Shown here piece after piece: positions 19,719 to 28,872 of a stretch of 64,000 bases of DNA (positions are counted from its first letter, which is position 1; every line of letters begins with the position of its first letter). The stretch lies in NCBI GenBank assembly GCA_038227995.1, contig JBBRPP010000002.1:159416-223415 (forward strand), in the 5' to 3' direction. The position numbers were made by a program, and so were the translations under genes. The DNA is from Acidimicrobiales bacterium (GTDB lineage: Bacteria > Actinomycetota > Acidimicrobiia > Acidimicrobiales > Ilumatobacteraceae). A model generated the notes under the pieces. That model was not told the DNA's origin, did not search any database, and was given only the letters and a program-made list of their open reading frames with translations.

Positions 19719-20480
19719 ATGACATCGACACTCCGTCGGCGTCATCGATGGAAGGGTTCGCACTTCTTGTCTGCAGTGACTTCATTGCTCCGCACGTCGA
19801 CGAGGGCGGCCGCGTGCGCAGCCTGTCTCGTCACCGCGCCCCTCACCCATTCGGCTGCTGCAGATGCGCACCCCATCGGCACGGTCGCGATCGAAGCGAG
19901 CATCGACTCGTCGCGGCTCGCCCCCGCGGTTCGAATCGTTCCGCCAGAGACCGTCGTCAACACCACTTCGGACGCTCCGGTTCCGTTCACCAACGCCTCC
20001 ACCTGCCGGACCGACGTCGCCGGCGCAATCGCGACGATGTCGATTCCGTCGATCTCATACGCGTGCCCCGTCTACGGCGGTGGCCAGGTTCAGATGGACG
20101 CGGGTGAGGCGACGTGGGTCACCGATGTTGCCGCCAACACCGTGCTGACGACGCGCGCCGGCGGGAGCGGGACGCTGTGGCTCGCCGGCCATCACACATC
20201 GCACGGCGGAGCGTTCGCAGCGATACCGGATCTCGCCGACGGCGCTGTCGTCACCGTCGCCGACGCGACCGGCAGCGCGTCGTATCGCATCGTCGGCCGA
20301 GCGTACGTCGAGGTCCGCGACGACATGGTGGTGGATGTGACTGGCACGCCGACCAACGCCGCCACGGTCAGCGCACTCCTGAGACAGGATCAGGGCGGCG
20401 ATCACGCGGCGCGCCTCGTGATCCAGACATGCGACGGCGAGGCCCATCGGTGGATGCTCTACGGCGACCTGATCATCTGA
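19719..20480 (+). CDS. Sortase (class E/F-type transpeptidase).
   Basis: N-terminal TM segment. Conserved His in LAGHHTSHGG. Catalytic Cys in RLVIQTCDG (TLxTC). Trailing Arg in RWMLYGDL. ATG at 19719. Confidence 0.75.
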   Translation: MTSTLRRRHRWKGSHFLSAVTSLLRTSTRAAACAACLVTAPLTHSAAADAHPIGTVAIEASIDSSRLAPAVRIVPPETVVNTTSDAPVPFTNASTCRTDVAGAIATMSIPSISYACPVYGGGQVQMDAGEATWVTDVAANTVLTTRAGGSGTLWLAGHHTSHGGAFAAIPDLADGAVVTVADATGSASYRIVGRAYVEVRDDMVVDVTGTPTNAATVSALLRQDQGGDHAARLVIQTCDGEAHRWMLYGDLII

Positions 20481-20520
20481 CAATCAACGATCGCGATATT
20501 GGCACTTCAGTTCCAGTGAA

Positions 20521-21687
20521 ATGCTACCGATGAATAGGTGGGCCTCCCGTCGGTCCGCAATGAAAATGTTGTCTGGAGCGGTCATGGGCAAGCGCCCGGG
20601 TCAGTCGTCCGAAGCCGCAATGTCGAGCTCGGAGGGCAGCACACGAACCGCTCGTCCATTCGAGCTGTCCCCGGTGCGGCGTCACCGCCGGAGCCGGGTC
20701 CCGTCACGGTCTGCGGCTGCGGCCGCGGCGCTCGTCGCGCTGGCCATCGCGTCATTGCCTTTCGCCTTCGGCGGACCGGCGTTCGCTGCGATCGTGCCGA
20801 CCGTGCCGCTGGCGACGTCCGCCAACAACGCGGTGCTCGCCGGATCGACGGTGACCAACACGGGCAACAGCACATTGGACGGCAGCCTGGGGCTGTGGCC
20901 CGGCACGAGCGTCGTCGGCTTCCCGCCCGGCCTGGTGCTCCCGCCCGGCACGACCGACATCACGAACGCCGCTGCGCAGCAGGCCCAGAGCGACCTGACA
21001 ACCGCATACGTCAACGCGGCCGGCCGACCCATCGACGCGACGACGACCGCTGATCTCGCCAACCTGCATCTGTCGGCCGGCGTCTACAGCGGACCGAGCA
21101 AATCCGCGCTACAGCTGACCGGACCACTCGTCCTCGACGGTGGCGGCGACATGAGCTCGGTGTTCATCTTCCAGACGGATTCCAGTCTGACAACCGGCTC
21201 GGCCAGCACGGTCTCGCTGATCAACGGTGCCCAGGAATGCAACGTCTTCTGGGTCGTCGGCAGCTCGGCCACACTCGGAACGGGCTCGGTCTTCACCGGC
21301 AACATCCTCGCTCTGTCGTCGATCACCGTGACCAACAGCGTCACCGTGCACGGCCGGGCACTGGCCCGCAACGGCGCCGTCACCCTCGACAACGACACGT
21401 TCACCAAGCCGACCTGCGCCCAGCCGACGGGCACCACGCCCACGACCGCCCCCGGCGGCACCGGAACAACCGTGGCCGGTGGCACCGGCGGCACCGGTCC
21501 TGGTGGCACGGACACCAGCCTCGCCTCCGACGTCACGCTGCCGTCCAACACCGATGTCCTCTTCGTGGTCACACTGCCTCGCACGGGTCAGCCGGTGCAG
21601 TCGACCGTGTGGTTTGCCTTCGTGGCGCTCGGACTCGGAGTCGTCGCGATCCGGCTCGCCCGACGGCGCACGTCCGTCCCCGGCTGA
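20521..21687 (+). CDS. LPXTG (LPRTG)-anchored surface protein with an ice-binding-like (DUF3494) beta-solenoid domain.
   Basis: C-terminus VTLPRTGQPVQSTVWFAFVALGLGVVAIRLARRRTSVPG (LPRTG at 21574..21588). DUF3494-like ANNAVLAGSTVTNTGNSTLDGSLGLWPGTSVVGF...GAVTLDNDTF. Start uncertain (20521, 20587 or 20620). Confidence 0.8.
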   Translation: MLPMNRWASRRSAMKMLSGAVMGKRPGQSSEAAMSSSEGSTRTARPFELSPVRRHRRSRVPSRSAAAAAALVALAIASLPFAFGGPAFAAIVPTVPLATSANNAVLAGSTVTNTGNSTLDGSLGLWPGTSVVGFPPGLVLPPGTTDITNAAAQQAQSDLTTAYVNAAGRPIDATTTADLANLHLSAGVYSGPSKSALQLTGPLVLDGGGDMSSVFIFQTDSSLTTGSASTVSLINGAQECNVFWVVGSSATLGTGSVFTGNILALSSITVTNSVTVHGRALARNGAVTLDNDTFTKPTCAQPTGTTPTTAPGGTGTTVAGGTGGTGPGGTDTSLASDVTLPSNTDVLFVVTLPRTGQPVQSTVWFAFVALGLGVVAIRLARRRTSVPG

Positions 21688-21750
21688 GCGGGAATCGGAC
21701 GACGTCGCTTCGACAGTCGGTGAACCGACCGACTTTCCTAGGCTGCCCCG

Positions 21751-23067
21751 ATGGCGCGACTTCAGTTCGGTACCTTTCTGGCCCCCCACCACCCACTCGG
21801 CGAGAGCCCGACGACGCAGTTCCAGCGCGACCTCGACTTCGCCGAGCATCTCGACCGCTGGGGCTTCGACGAGTTCTGGTGCGGTGAGCACCACAGCAGC
21901 GGCTGGGAGATGATCGCCTCGCCCGAGATGTTCCTGGCTGCCGCCGGGCAACGCACCCACAACATCCGACTCGGCACCGGCGTCATCTCGCTGCCGTACC
22001 ACCACCCGTTCAACGTCGCCCAGCGGATCGCCCAGCTCGATCACATGACGCGCGGTCGAGCGATGTTCGGCAGCGGTCCCGGCGCGCTGCCGTCCGACGC
22101 GCGCACGTTGCACATCGATCCGCTCGTGCAACGCGATCGCCAGGACGAAGCACAAGGCGTGATCATGCGTCTGCTGCGTGGCGAGCCACGGTTCGACTAC
22201 GACAGCGAGTGGTTCACGCTGCGCGATGCCGCACTGCAGATCCTGCCGATCCAGGACGACATGCCGATGGTGACCGCGTCGTCCATCTCGCCCAGCGGCA
22301 TGCAGATCGCCGGCAAGCACGGCATCGGCGTGTTGTCGATCGCATCGAGCTCGACCGAGGGCATCGCTGCGCTGCCCACACAGTGGAGCTTCGCCGAGGA
22401 AGCCGCAGCCAAGAGCGGCCAGACGGTCGACCGAAAGAACTGGCGGGTGCTGATGAGCTGGCACCTGGCCGAGACGCGCGAGCAAGCGCGCAGCGAAGCC
22501 GTGCTCGGGTTGCAGCGCTGGCACAACGAGTACAACGTGCGCGTCCTCGGCCGGCCCGGCGCGGCCCACGTCGACAACGAATGGGAACTGCTCGACGAGA
22601 TCGCCGGCAATGGCGCCGCCGGTGTCGGCGCCGCAGTCATCGGTACGCCCGACGACCTGATCGCGGCCATCCGTCGGATGCAGGAGATCACCGGCGGCTT
22701 CGGCGTCGTCCTCGGTTTCGCCCACGATTGGGCCAACAAGGAAGCGACCATGCGGTCGTGGGAACTCGTCGCCCGCTATGTGGTGCCGGCGTTGCAGGGA
22801 ACGGTGCTGCCGATGCAGGCGTCGGCCGACTACGTCGAGGCCAACAAGGTCGCGCTGATCGCCGGCGCGAGCGCCGCGGTCATGCAGAAGATCATGGCCC
22901 ACGAGGGAGCCCAGGCGGCCATGGTCACCACCATGAAGCAGATGGCCGAACGGGCCAACGAGCGCGAGAGCACCTTCCGCCCCGGTGCGGGCATCCCGTC
23001 GGCAGAAGCCGCCGAAGCCGCTGGGGCATCTGTCGATGCAACCGCCGACGCCGCTGCCGAGAGCTGA
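21751..23067 (+). CDS. LLM-class (luciferase-like) flavin-dependent monooxygenase with a C-terminal extension.
   Basis: MARLQFGTFLAPHHPLGESPTTQFQRDLDFAEHLDRWGFDEFWCGEHHSSGWEM... is typical LLM TIM-barrel N-terminus. ATG at 21751. Confidence 0.85.
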   Translation: MARLQFGTFLAPHHPLGESPTTQFQRDLDFAEHLDRWGFDEFWCGEHHSSGWEMIASPEMFLAAAGQRTHNIRLGTGVISLPYHHPFNVAQRIAQLDHMTRGRAMFGSGPGALPSDARTLHIDPLVQRDRQDEAQGVIMRLLRGEPRFDYDSEWFTLRDAALQILPIQDDMPMVTASSISPSGMQIAGKHGIGVLSIASSSTEGIAALPTQWSFAEEAAAKSGQTVDRKNWRVLMSWHLAETREQARSEAVLGLQRWHNEYNVRVLGRPGAAHVDNEWELLDEIAGNGAAGVGAAVIGTPDDLIAAIRRMQEITGGFGVVLGFAHDWANKEATMRSWELVARYVVPALQGTVLPMQASADYVEANKVALIAGASAAVMQKIMAHEGAQAAMVTTMKQMAERANERESTFRPGAGIPSAEAAEAAGASVDATADAAAES

Positions 23068-23080
23068 AAGACTGACGTCC

Positions 23081-23917
23081 ATGATCCCTCGCTTCGATGC
23101 CACCGTCACCGCTGACGAGATCAGTGCCGCACTGCTCGCCCACGGCGTGGTGATCATCGAGCGACTGGCCGGCGACGCACTGTGCGAAACGTTGCTGACC
23201 GAGCTGCAACCGTGGCTCGAACAGACACCAACCGGCACCGACGACTTCAGCGGACACAACACCCGGCGAACGGGCGCGCTGCTGACACGGTGCCCGTCCA
23301 GCGCGGCGATGGTGGCCCATCCGCTCGTCCTCGACGTGGTCGACAAGACGCTGTGGCCGAAGAAGACGACGTTCCAGCTGCACCTCACCCAGTCGATCGC
23401 GATCGGCCCCGGTTCGCCGGCCCAGTTCATCCATCGCGACCACTGGTGCTTCGACTTCTTCCCGTTCGGCGACGGCGTCGACGTCGAGCTGGCCACGATC
23501 TGGGCCCTCACCGACTTCACCGAGGAGTCTGGCGCGACACGTGTCGTACCCGACAGCCATCGTGCACCTGACGAGCACGGCTACCGGCCGATCGACACCG
23601 AACCGGCGGTGATGCCCCGCGGATCCGTCGTGATGTACCTCGGTTCGACCGTGCACGGTGGCGGCGCCAACGTCAGCGATGCAACGCGGATCGGCGTCAA
23701 CATCGACTACGTCCTCGGCTGGCTGCGCCAGGAGGAGAACCAATACCTGTCGTACTCACTCGACGAGGTGCGGGCGATGCCCGAACGAATCCAACGGCTG
23801 CTCGGTTACGACACGGGCGCGTATGCGCTCGGCTACATCGATGGTGGCCGGAGCCCGATGGAACTGCTCGACGCAAGTCACGCGTCGGACGGGCACAGCT
23901 TCAGTCAACGCCCGTAG
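23081..23917 (+). CDS. PhyH-family (phytanoyl-CoA dioxygenase-like) Fe(II)/2-oxoglutarate oxygenase.
   Basis: HxD...H facial triad context (FIHRDHW ... GSTVHGGGANVS). Size and sequence pattern fit the PhyH family. ATG at 23081, 14 nt after the LLM stop. Confidence 0.75.
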   Translation: MIPRFDATVTADEISAALLAHGVVIIERLAGDALCETLLTELQPWLEQTPTGTDDFSGHNTRRTGALLTRCPSSAAMVAHPLVLDVVDKTLWPKKTTFQLHLTQSIAIGPGSPAQFIHRDHWCFDFFPFGDGVDVELATIWALTDFTEESGATRVVPDSHRAPDEHGYRPIDTEPAVMPRGSVVMYLGSTVHGGGANVSDATRIGVNIDYVLGWLRQEENQYLSYSLDEVRAMPERIQRLLGYDTGAYALGYIDGGRSPMELLDASHASDGHSFSQRP

Positions 23918-25184
23918 CGACTTCGAGCCGAACCCGCGCCGGCCGAACAGCATCGTGCTGCACGTGGGCGTGATCGAGCGCGTCGCGCCAGTAACCGAGG
24001 CGACGGATGAGCAGCAACGTGAGTGCTGTGAACAACGTCGCCGAGCACAGCAGCGCGACGCGCATCCCGAAGGCGTCGCCGAGTGCACCCACCATGACGA
24101 GCCCGATCGCGTAACAGAACCCTGACAAGGCCTGCATGATGCTGATGATGCGGCCGCGCTGGGCGTGCGGCGCGTCGCGCTGGATGATGTACATCATCGT
24201 CGTGAACGTGCTGGCGGCTGCAGCGCCGAGGCAAACGATGCTGACACCGGCCAACAGCTTCGTCGGTGCGAGGGCGTAGCTGAGGTACGCGCAGACCAGC
24301 ACGACGTAGACGCCGCTGATCACGCGGGCGCGGCCGTAGCGAAGGCTGAGGCTGGTCATGATCAGCGTGCCGGCGATCGCGCCTGCGCCCTGTAGCGACC
24401 CGAGCAAGCCGACCAGTCCGACCCCGCCGTGGAAGACCTTGGTGGCGTAGGCGGGGATGAGTCCCATGAACGGCGAGACGGAGATGTTCAGGATCGCCAT
24501 CACAGCGATGCCGAACACGCAACCCTGGATCCGTCGCGCGGTGAGCCAGCCCTGGGTGAGACGAGTGCGAACGGTGGCGATCTCGGTGTCGTGCGGGGCG
24601 AACTTTCGACGAAGCGCGAGCACGGCCAGCGCCATGCAGCCGAACGTCATCGCGTTGATCGCCACCGTCCACGCCGGGCCGGCGGTGCGGGCCAGCACGC
24701 TGCCGAGCAAGGGGCCGGCGATCCGGCCGGCGTTCCACGAGTAGATGGTCAGCGACGACATCGCCAGCAGTTCCTCGGGCGGCACCATGTCGGGCAGCAT
24801 CGCCGCGAATGCAGGGGCTCCGAGGTTGCCCATCGTGCTGGCGAGCATGATCAGGCCGGCGAGGGGCAGTGTGTGGCGAACACCGTTGGCAAGCAGGACG
24901 GCGAGCGCCGCGGTGGCGAGTGCCTGCCCGGTGAGGCCGGCAACGAACACCCGACCGCGGTCGAAACGGTCGGCGAGCAGTCCGCCGATGGGCGATGCGA
25001 ACGCCTGCGGCATGAAGGTGGCGAGTGCGATCAGGCCGGTCTGCAGTGCGCTGCCGGTCTTCGCTGCGATCAGGCTACCGACGACCACCAATTGGATCCA
25101 CGTGCCCGTGTCGGAGAGTACCCCTGCACCCCACACGAGCAGCACCGATCGGCGGCGGAGGGGTCGGAAGGGATGGTTGCTCAC
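23901..25184 (-). CDS. MFS transporter (enterobactin-exporter-like).
   Basis: 12-TM hydropathy pattern, LLADRFDRGRV loop motif. GTG start at 25184. Divergent from the SHMT-like gene. Confidence 0.85.
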   Translation of the reverse strand: MSNHPFRPLRRRSVLLVWGAGVLSDTGTWIQLVVVGSLIAAKTGSALQTGLIALATFMPQAFASPIGGLLADRFDRGRVFVAGLTGQALATAALAVLLANGVRHTLPLAGLIMLASTMGNLGAPAFAAMLPDMVPPEELLAMSSLTIYSWNAGRIAGPLLGSVLARTAGPAWTVAINAMTFGCMALAVLALRRKFAPHDTEIATVRTRLTQGWLTARRIQGCVFGIAVMAILNISVSPFMGLIPAYATKVFHGGVGLVGLLGSLQGAGAIAGTLIMTSLSLRYGRARVISGVYVVLVCAYLSYALAPTKLLAGVSIVCLGAAAASTFTTMMYIIQRDAPHAQRGRIISIMQALSGFCYAIGLVMVGALGDAFGMRVALLCSATLFTALTLLLIRRLGYWRDALDHAHVQHDAVRPARVRLEVATGVD

Positions 25185-25308
25185 AGCAACCGATCACGGT
25201 ATCAGCGCTCTCCTCCCGAACAGCATCACATTTCCTGCTGGACTCGATAGTGAGTGCCGATCGTCTGTGCCCTTCCCCGACACGAATCCGCATGTCAGGA
25301 TCGGTGCC

Positions 25309-26640
25309 ATGGTGAATTCTGTGGATGCCGCGACCGCAACCGGTCGAGCCTGGTTGCCCGACGTCGCTCGCGATCGCGAGGCCGAGATCCTCGACACGAT
25401 CGGCGGGCTCGACGCCGATGCGGTCGAGGCCACGCTGGACTCGTTGATCCGCCGCAACCGGGCGATCCACGAGCTGGAATGCGTCAACCTCAACCCGGCC
25501 ACGAACGTCATGAACCCGCGGGCCGAAGCCGCACTGGCCGCAGGGCTGGCTTCGCGGCCGTCGCTGGGGTACGCCGGCGCGAAGTACGAGATGGGCCTGG
25601 AGGCAGTCGAGCAGATCGAGGTGATCACCGCCGACCTCGCGTGCCGGGTGTTCGGGGCCAGGTACGCCGAGATTCGGGTCGGCTCCGGCGCACTCGCCAA
25701 TCTCTACGCGTTCATGGCGACGTGCAAGCCCGGCGATTCGATCATCGTCCCGCCGGCCACCATCGGCGGGCACATCACCCATCGCGACCTCGGTGCGGCC
25801 GGCCTGTACGGGCTGACGATCCACGAGGCGCCGATCAACGCCGGGCAGTTCACGATCGATGTCGACGGCTTGGCGGCGATGGCCCGCGAGATCCGCCCGG
25901 CGCTGATCACGATCGGAACCAGCCTCAACCTCGTCCCCCATCCCGTCGCCGCGATCCGCCGCATCGCCGACGAGGTCGGGGCCAAGGTGCTGTTCGATGC
26001 AGCGCACGCCTGCGGCATGTTCGCCGGCCACGTCTGGGCCAACCCGCTCGACGAGGGCGCCGACCTGATGACGATGAGCACCTACAAGAGCCTCGGCGGG
26101 CCGGCCGGTGGTCTGCTGCTCACCAATCGCGCCGACATCGCCGAACGCCTCGACGCGATCGCCTACCCCGGGCTCACCGCGAACTTCGACGTCGGCAAAT
26201 CGGCGGCGCTCGCGATCACCCTGCTCGACTGGCTCGAGTTCGGCGACGCGTACGCGGCAACGATGGTCTCGACCGCCGCTGCGCTTGCTGATTCACTCGC
26301 CGACCGCGAGATCCCCGTGCACCGAACGGATCTCGGCTACACGACCTCGCACCAGTTCGCAGTCGAGGCATCGCAGTGGCAGGGCGGGCACGAGGCGTCG
26401 GTGCGCATCCGCGACGCGAACCTGCTCGCCTGCGCGATCGGTCTGCCCGGCAGCGGCGAATGGGGCGGCCTGCGCATCGGCACGCCGGAGATGGTGCGGT
26501 GGGGCATGACGCCGGCCGACATGCCTGAGCTGGGCGGTCTGATCGCCGACGCGTTGCGCTACGACGCCGCATCGGTCGCGCCGCGCACGCTCGACTTCCG
26601 CAGCCGCTTCGATCGACTGCACTTCATCCGCCAGGGGTAG
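25309..26640 (+). CDS. Divergent SHMT-fold PLP enzyme (serine hydroxymethyltransferase / threonine transaldolase-like).
   Basis: SHMT landmark motifs are present but divergent: VNLNPATNVMNP (cf. LIASEN), GGHITHR (cf. GGHLTHG), DAAHACGMFAG, and the PLP-lysine motif MSTYKSLGGPAGG (cf. TTHKTLRGPRGG). Track ORF 24745.. trimmed to ATG 25309. Confidence 0.7.
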   Translation: MVNSVDAATATGRAWLPDVARDREAEILDTIGGLDADAVEATLDSLIRRNRAIHELECVNLNPATNVMNPRAEAALAAGLASRPSLGYAGAKYEMGLEAVEQIEVITADLACRVFGARYAEIRVGSGALANLYAFMATCKPGDSIIVPPATIGGHITHRDLGAAGLYGLTIHEAPINAGQFTIDVDGLAAMAREIRPALITIGTSLNLVPHPVAAIRRIADEVGAKVLFDAAHACGMFAGHVWANPLDEGADLMTMSTYKSLGGPAGGLLLTNRADIAERLDAIAYPGLTANFDVGKSAALAITLLDWLEFGDAYAATMVSTAAALADSLADREIPVHRTDLGYTTSHQFAVEASQWQGGHEASVRIRDANLLACAIGLPGSGEWGGLRIGTPEMVRWGMTPADMPELGGLIADALRYDAASVAPRTLDFRSRFDRLHFIRQG

Positions 26641-26643
26641 AGC

Positions 26644-26970
26644 TCAGCGGTCTCTGAACAGGGGCGTCGTCTGAATCCGGGGGCCGAACTCGTCGTCGGC
26701 ATAGTCGCGGGCCTCGTGGATCTCCAGCCCGAACGGAAAGATGTCGACCTCTTCGCCCGTCGCCGTCATCCAGCCGATGACCGCGTCGCCCCAGCGCTCT
26801 TCGAGCAGTGCATCGCGAACCGCCTCCGCATCGAGGTGTTGGGCGGGGACCCATTCGGCAATCCAGCGCAGAGCGATGACCTTGTTCAGCGTCTCTTGGG
26901 AATCCGCGAGCAGCGGTTGGTCCGGCTCGCTGCGTCGAACGGCGTAGGCGCCGATCGTCTTGAGGACCAT
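26644..26970 (-). CDS. Hypothetical 108-aa protein, translationally coupled (TGATG overlap) to the upstream methyltransferase gene.
   Basis: ATG at 26970 shares one base with the MTase TGA stop (26970..26972). No recognisable motif. Acidic/Trp-containing composition unlike the GC-artefact ORFs. Confidence 0.5.
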   Translation of the reverse strand: MVLKTIGAYAVRRSEPDQPLLADSQETLNKVIALRWIAEWVPAQHLDAEAVRDALLEERWGDAVIGWMTATGEEVDIFPFGLEIHEARDYADDEFGPRIQTTPLFRDR

Positions 26971-28505
26971 CACTGCGGAATGAGGGCGATGTCGGCCGGC
27001 GTCCAGAACCCAGGGAGCGGTTTTGATTCGGAGCCCGTCGCGTATCGGCGAAGACGCTCTCGGCCGGCGGGATCGTAGAGTTCGATCACATCGAAGATCT
27101 GCCCAGCGCCGACCGCGCGGAGCGCCTTGTCACCCGGAGACCCGGACTTGGGAAGGTTCGATGTCAGGACCAAGACCTGCTCTTCGCCACTACCCATCGC
27201 CTTCAGTACGTGGAGACGGCCGAGCATCTTCCACAGCGTGTCGGCCCGTTGCAAGCCCGGTCGACTGGTGGTGAACGCTCCCGGCACATCGACCCACCAC
27301 TGCCGTTCGGCACTCTGACTGGTCACCTGGAAGTTGAACTCGATGATGCCGGACGAATGCTTGGCCTTGTCGTTGATCGCGGCAAATTTGGCTTCCGTCA
27401 GGATCCGTTCGGCGATGTCCTGGGCGCGCTTGCCCTCTCGTACAGCCCGCGCCTGGAAGTGCTCCTGGCGATCCTCCGCGTCCAGCTGCGAGAACGCTTC
27501 CTCGAATTCGAAGGTGCCTTGGTCGATTCCCTTGGTGACCTCGTCCAAGGTGTTGGCCCGGCGTAGTGCGTCGTCGAGTCGCCTCTGGGACAACGCAACG
27601 TAAGCCGGATCCGTGTCGTACCCCACCCCGATGCGGCCAGTGCGGGCGGCGGCGACCAGTGTCGTACCGGAGCCCGCGAACGGGTCGAGGACGATGTCGT
27701 CCTTGTACGTGTAGAGATCGATCAGTCGTCGTGGGAGCTCGACCGGGAACGGGGCTGGGTGACCGATCCTGGTTGCCGACTCGGCGTCGATGCGCCAGAC
27801 ATCGCGAGTGACGTCGACGAACTCGTCGTTGGCCAGGGTCGACTCGTGCGGGAGGCCGTTGCGCTTGCGGTCCTTGACGGCCAGCGCCCGTGCGAATCGG
27901 CCCTTGGAGGCGATGATCACGCGCTCGGTCATGTCACGGAGGACGGGGTTGGACGCCTTCGCGAAGGACCCCCATGCGCACGACCCGGCGGAGGTGGCCG
28001 CCTTCTCCCAGATCACCTCACCGCGGAGCAGCAGCCCGAGATCGTCCTGCAGGATGGATATGACGTCGGCGCTCAGACTGCGGTAGGGCTTGCGGCCGAG
28101 GTTGGCCACGTTGACCGCGATGCGGCCACCGGGCTCGAGAACCCGGACGCATTCGGCAAAGACCTCGCGGAGCAGATCGAGAAATTCGAAGTACGTGCCG
28201 GGTACTCGCGACTCACCATCGAGTTCGCCCGTCACGGCCAGCTCGTATTCCTTCCCCACGAAGTAGGGCGGCGACGTGACGACCAACGCCACGCAGTTGT
28301 CGGGCAGATGGGTCATCGATGTGGCCGACGCATTGAACAAATGGCCTCGACCCAGTTCATCCATCAGTTCCTGGGGCCGATTGATGGTCTCGTCGTCAGA
28401 CAGCTTCGGCGGGTTGAACCTGCTGTAGAACTGCGACGCATCATGCCCCTCGCGACGGCCGACGCCGAACGACGAGGTCTGTGTATGGCGGTCGCGATCA
28501 TCCAT
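26970..28505 (-). CDS. Beta-class DNA methyltransferase (N4-cytosine/N6-adenine family, SPPY motif) with a ~180-aa C-terminal domain of unknown function.
   Basis: Motif IV VVTSPPYFVGKEYE near the N-terminus. Motif I DIVLDPFAGSGTTLVAAARTGR near residue 290 (beta-class order). C-terminal ~180 aa (from RRANTLDEVTKGIDQGTFEFEE to the end) is unassigned. ATG at 28505. Region looks less GC-rich than its flanks. Confidence 0.85.
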   Translation of the reverse strand: MDDRDRHTQTSSFGVGRREGHDASQFYSRFNPPKLSDDETINRPQELMDELGRGHLFNASATSMTHLPDNCVALVVTSPPYFVGKEYELAVTGELDGESRVPGTYFEFLDLLREVFAECVRVLEPGGRIAVNVANLGRKPYRSLSADVISILQDDLGLLLRGEVIWEKAATSAGSCAWGSFAKASNPVLRDMTERVIIASKGRFARALAVKDRKRNGLPHESTLANDEFVDVTRDVWRIDAESATRIGHPAPFPVELPRRLIDLYTYKDDIVLDPFAGSGTTLVAAARTGRIGVGYDTDPAYVALSQRRLDDALRRANTLDEVTKGIDQGTFEFEEAFSQLDAEDRQEHFQARAVREGKRAQDIAERILTEAKFAAINDKAKHSSGIIEFNFQVTSQSAERQWWVDVPGAFTTSRPGLQRADTLWKMLGRLHVLKAMGSGEEQVLVLTSNLPKSGSPGDKALRAVGAGQIFDVIELYDPAGRERLRRYATGSESKPLPGFWTPADIALIPQ

Positions 28506-28587
28506 GCGATGAGCGTAATGCGGGCCTGTGACAGAGAAACCGATGGACGTGTCGGGTGCTGGCCATCGACGGGTGTCGAGCCGCGTG

Positions 28588-28794
28588 TCAGTCGTCCTTG
28601 AGCGCGACCGCGTTCGGCGTCACGTTCATCTTCGGCACGTATTCCGCGACCTCGATCTCGCGCGCCTCACCACCCATCGACGCGCGCAGATGGGCGCGAC
28701 AGTTGTCGCACGGCCCGTAGAAGCGGGCGGCCACCGTCGTGTGGCAACGGGGACAGACGAACGATGTGGCGTCGGCTTCGGTGACGAGTTCCAT
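28588..28794 (-). CDS. Small 4-Cys zinc-ribbon protein (68 aa) upstream of the methyltransferase.
   Basis: MELVTEADATSFVCPRCHTTVAARFYGPCDNCRAHLR... (CPxC...CxxC). High GC3 codon usage. Track ORF 28588..29226 trimmed, because the upstream part is antisense to the hydrolase promoter region. No clear RBS. Confidence 0.4.
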   Translation of the reverse strand: MELVTEADATSFVCPRCHTTVAARFYGPCDNCRAHLRASMGGEAREIEVAEYVPKMNVTPNAVALKDD

Positions 28795-28872
28795 GACCCG
28801 ACCAACGTATCCCGCGCGACTCGAGTGGCGCGGACACCGATCCAGGTGCGGCTCGGCACTACCGTTCGATCC

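Noticed and set aside
21109-23520. 803-aa minus-strand ORF
   Set aside because: Antisense to three well-supported genes (LPRTG protein, LLM, PhyH). Gly/Arg/Asp-rich.
24745-25308. N-terminal 188-aa extension of the SHMT-like ORF
   Set aside because: Overlaps the convergent/divergent MFS gene on the other strand, and the SHMT fold begins near the ATG at 25309.
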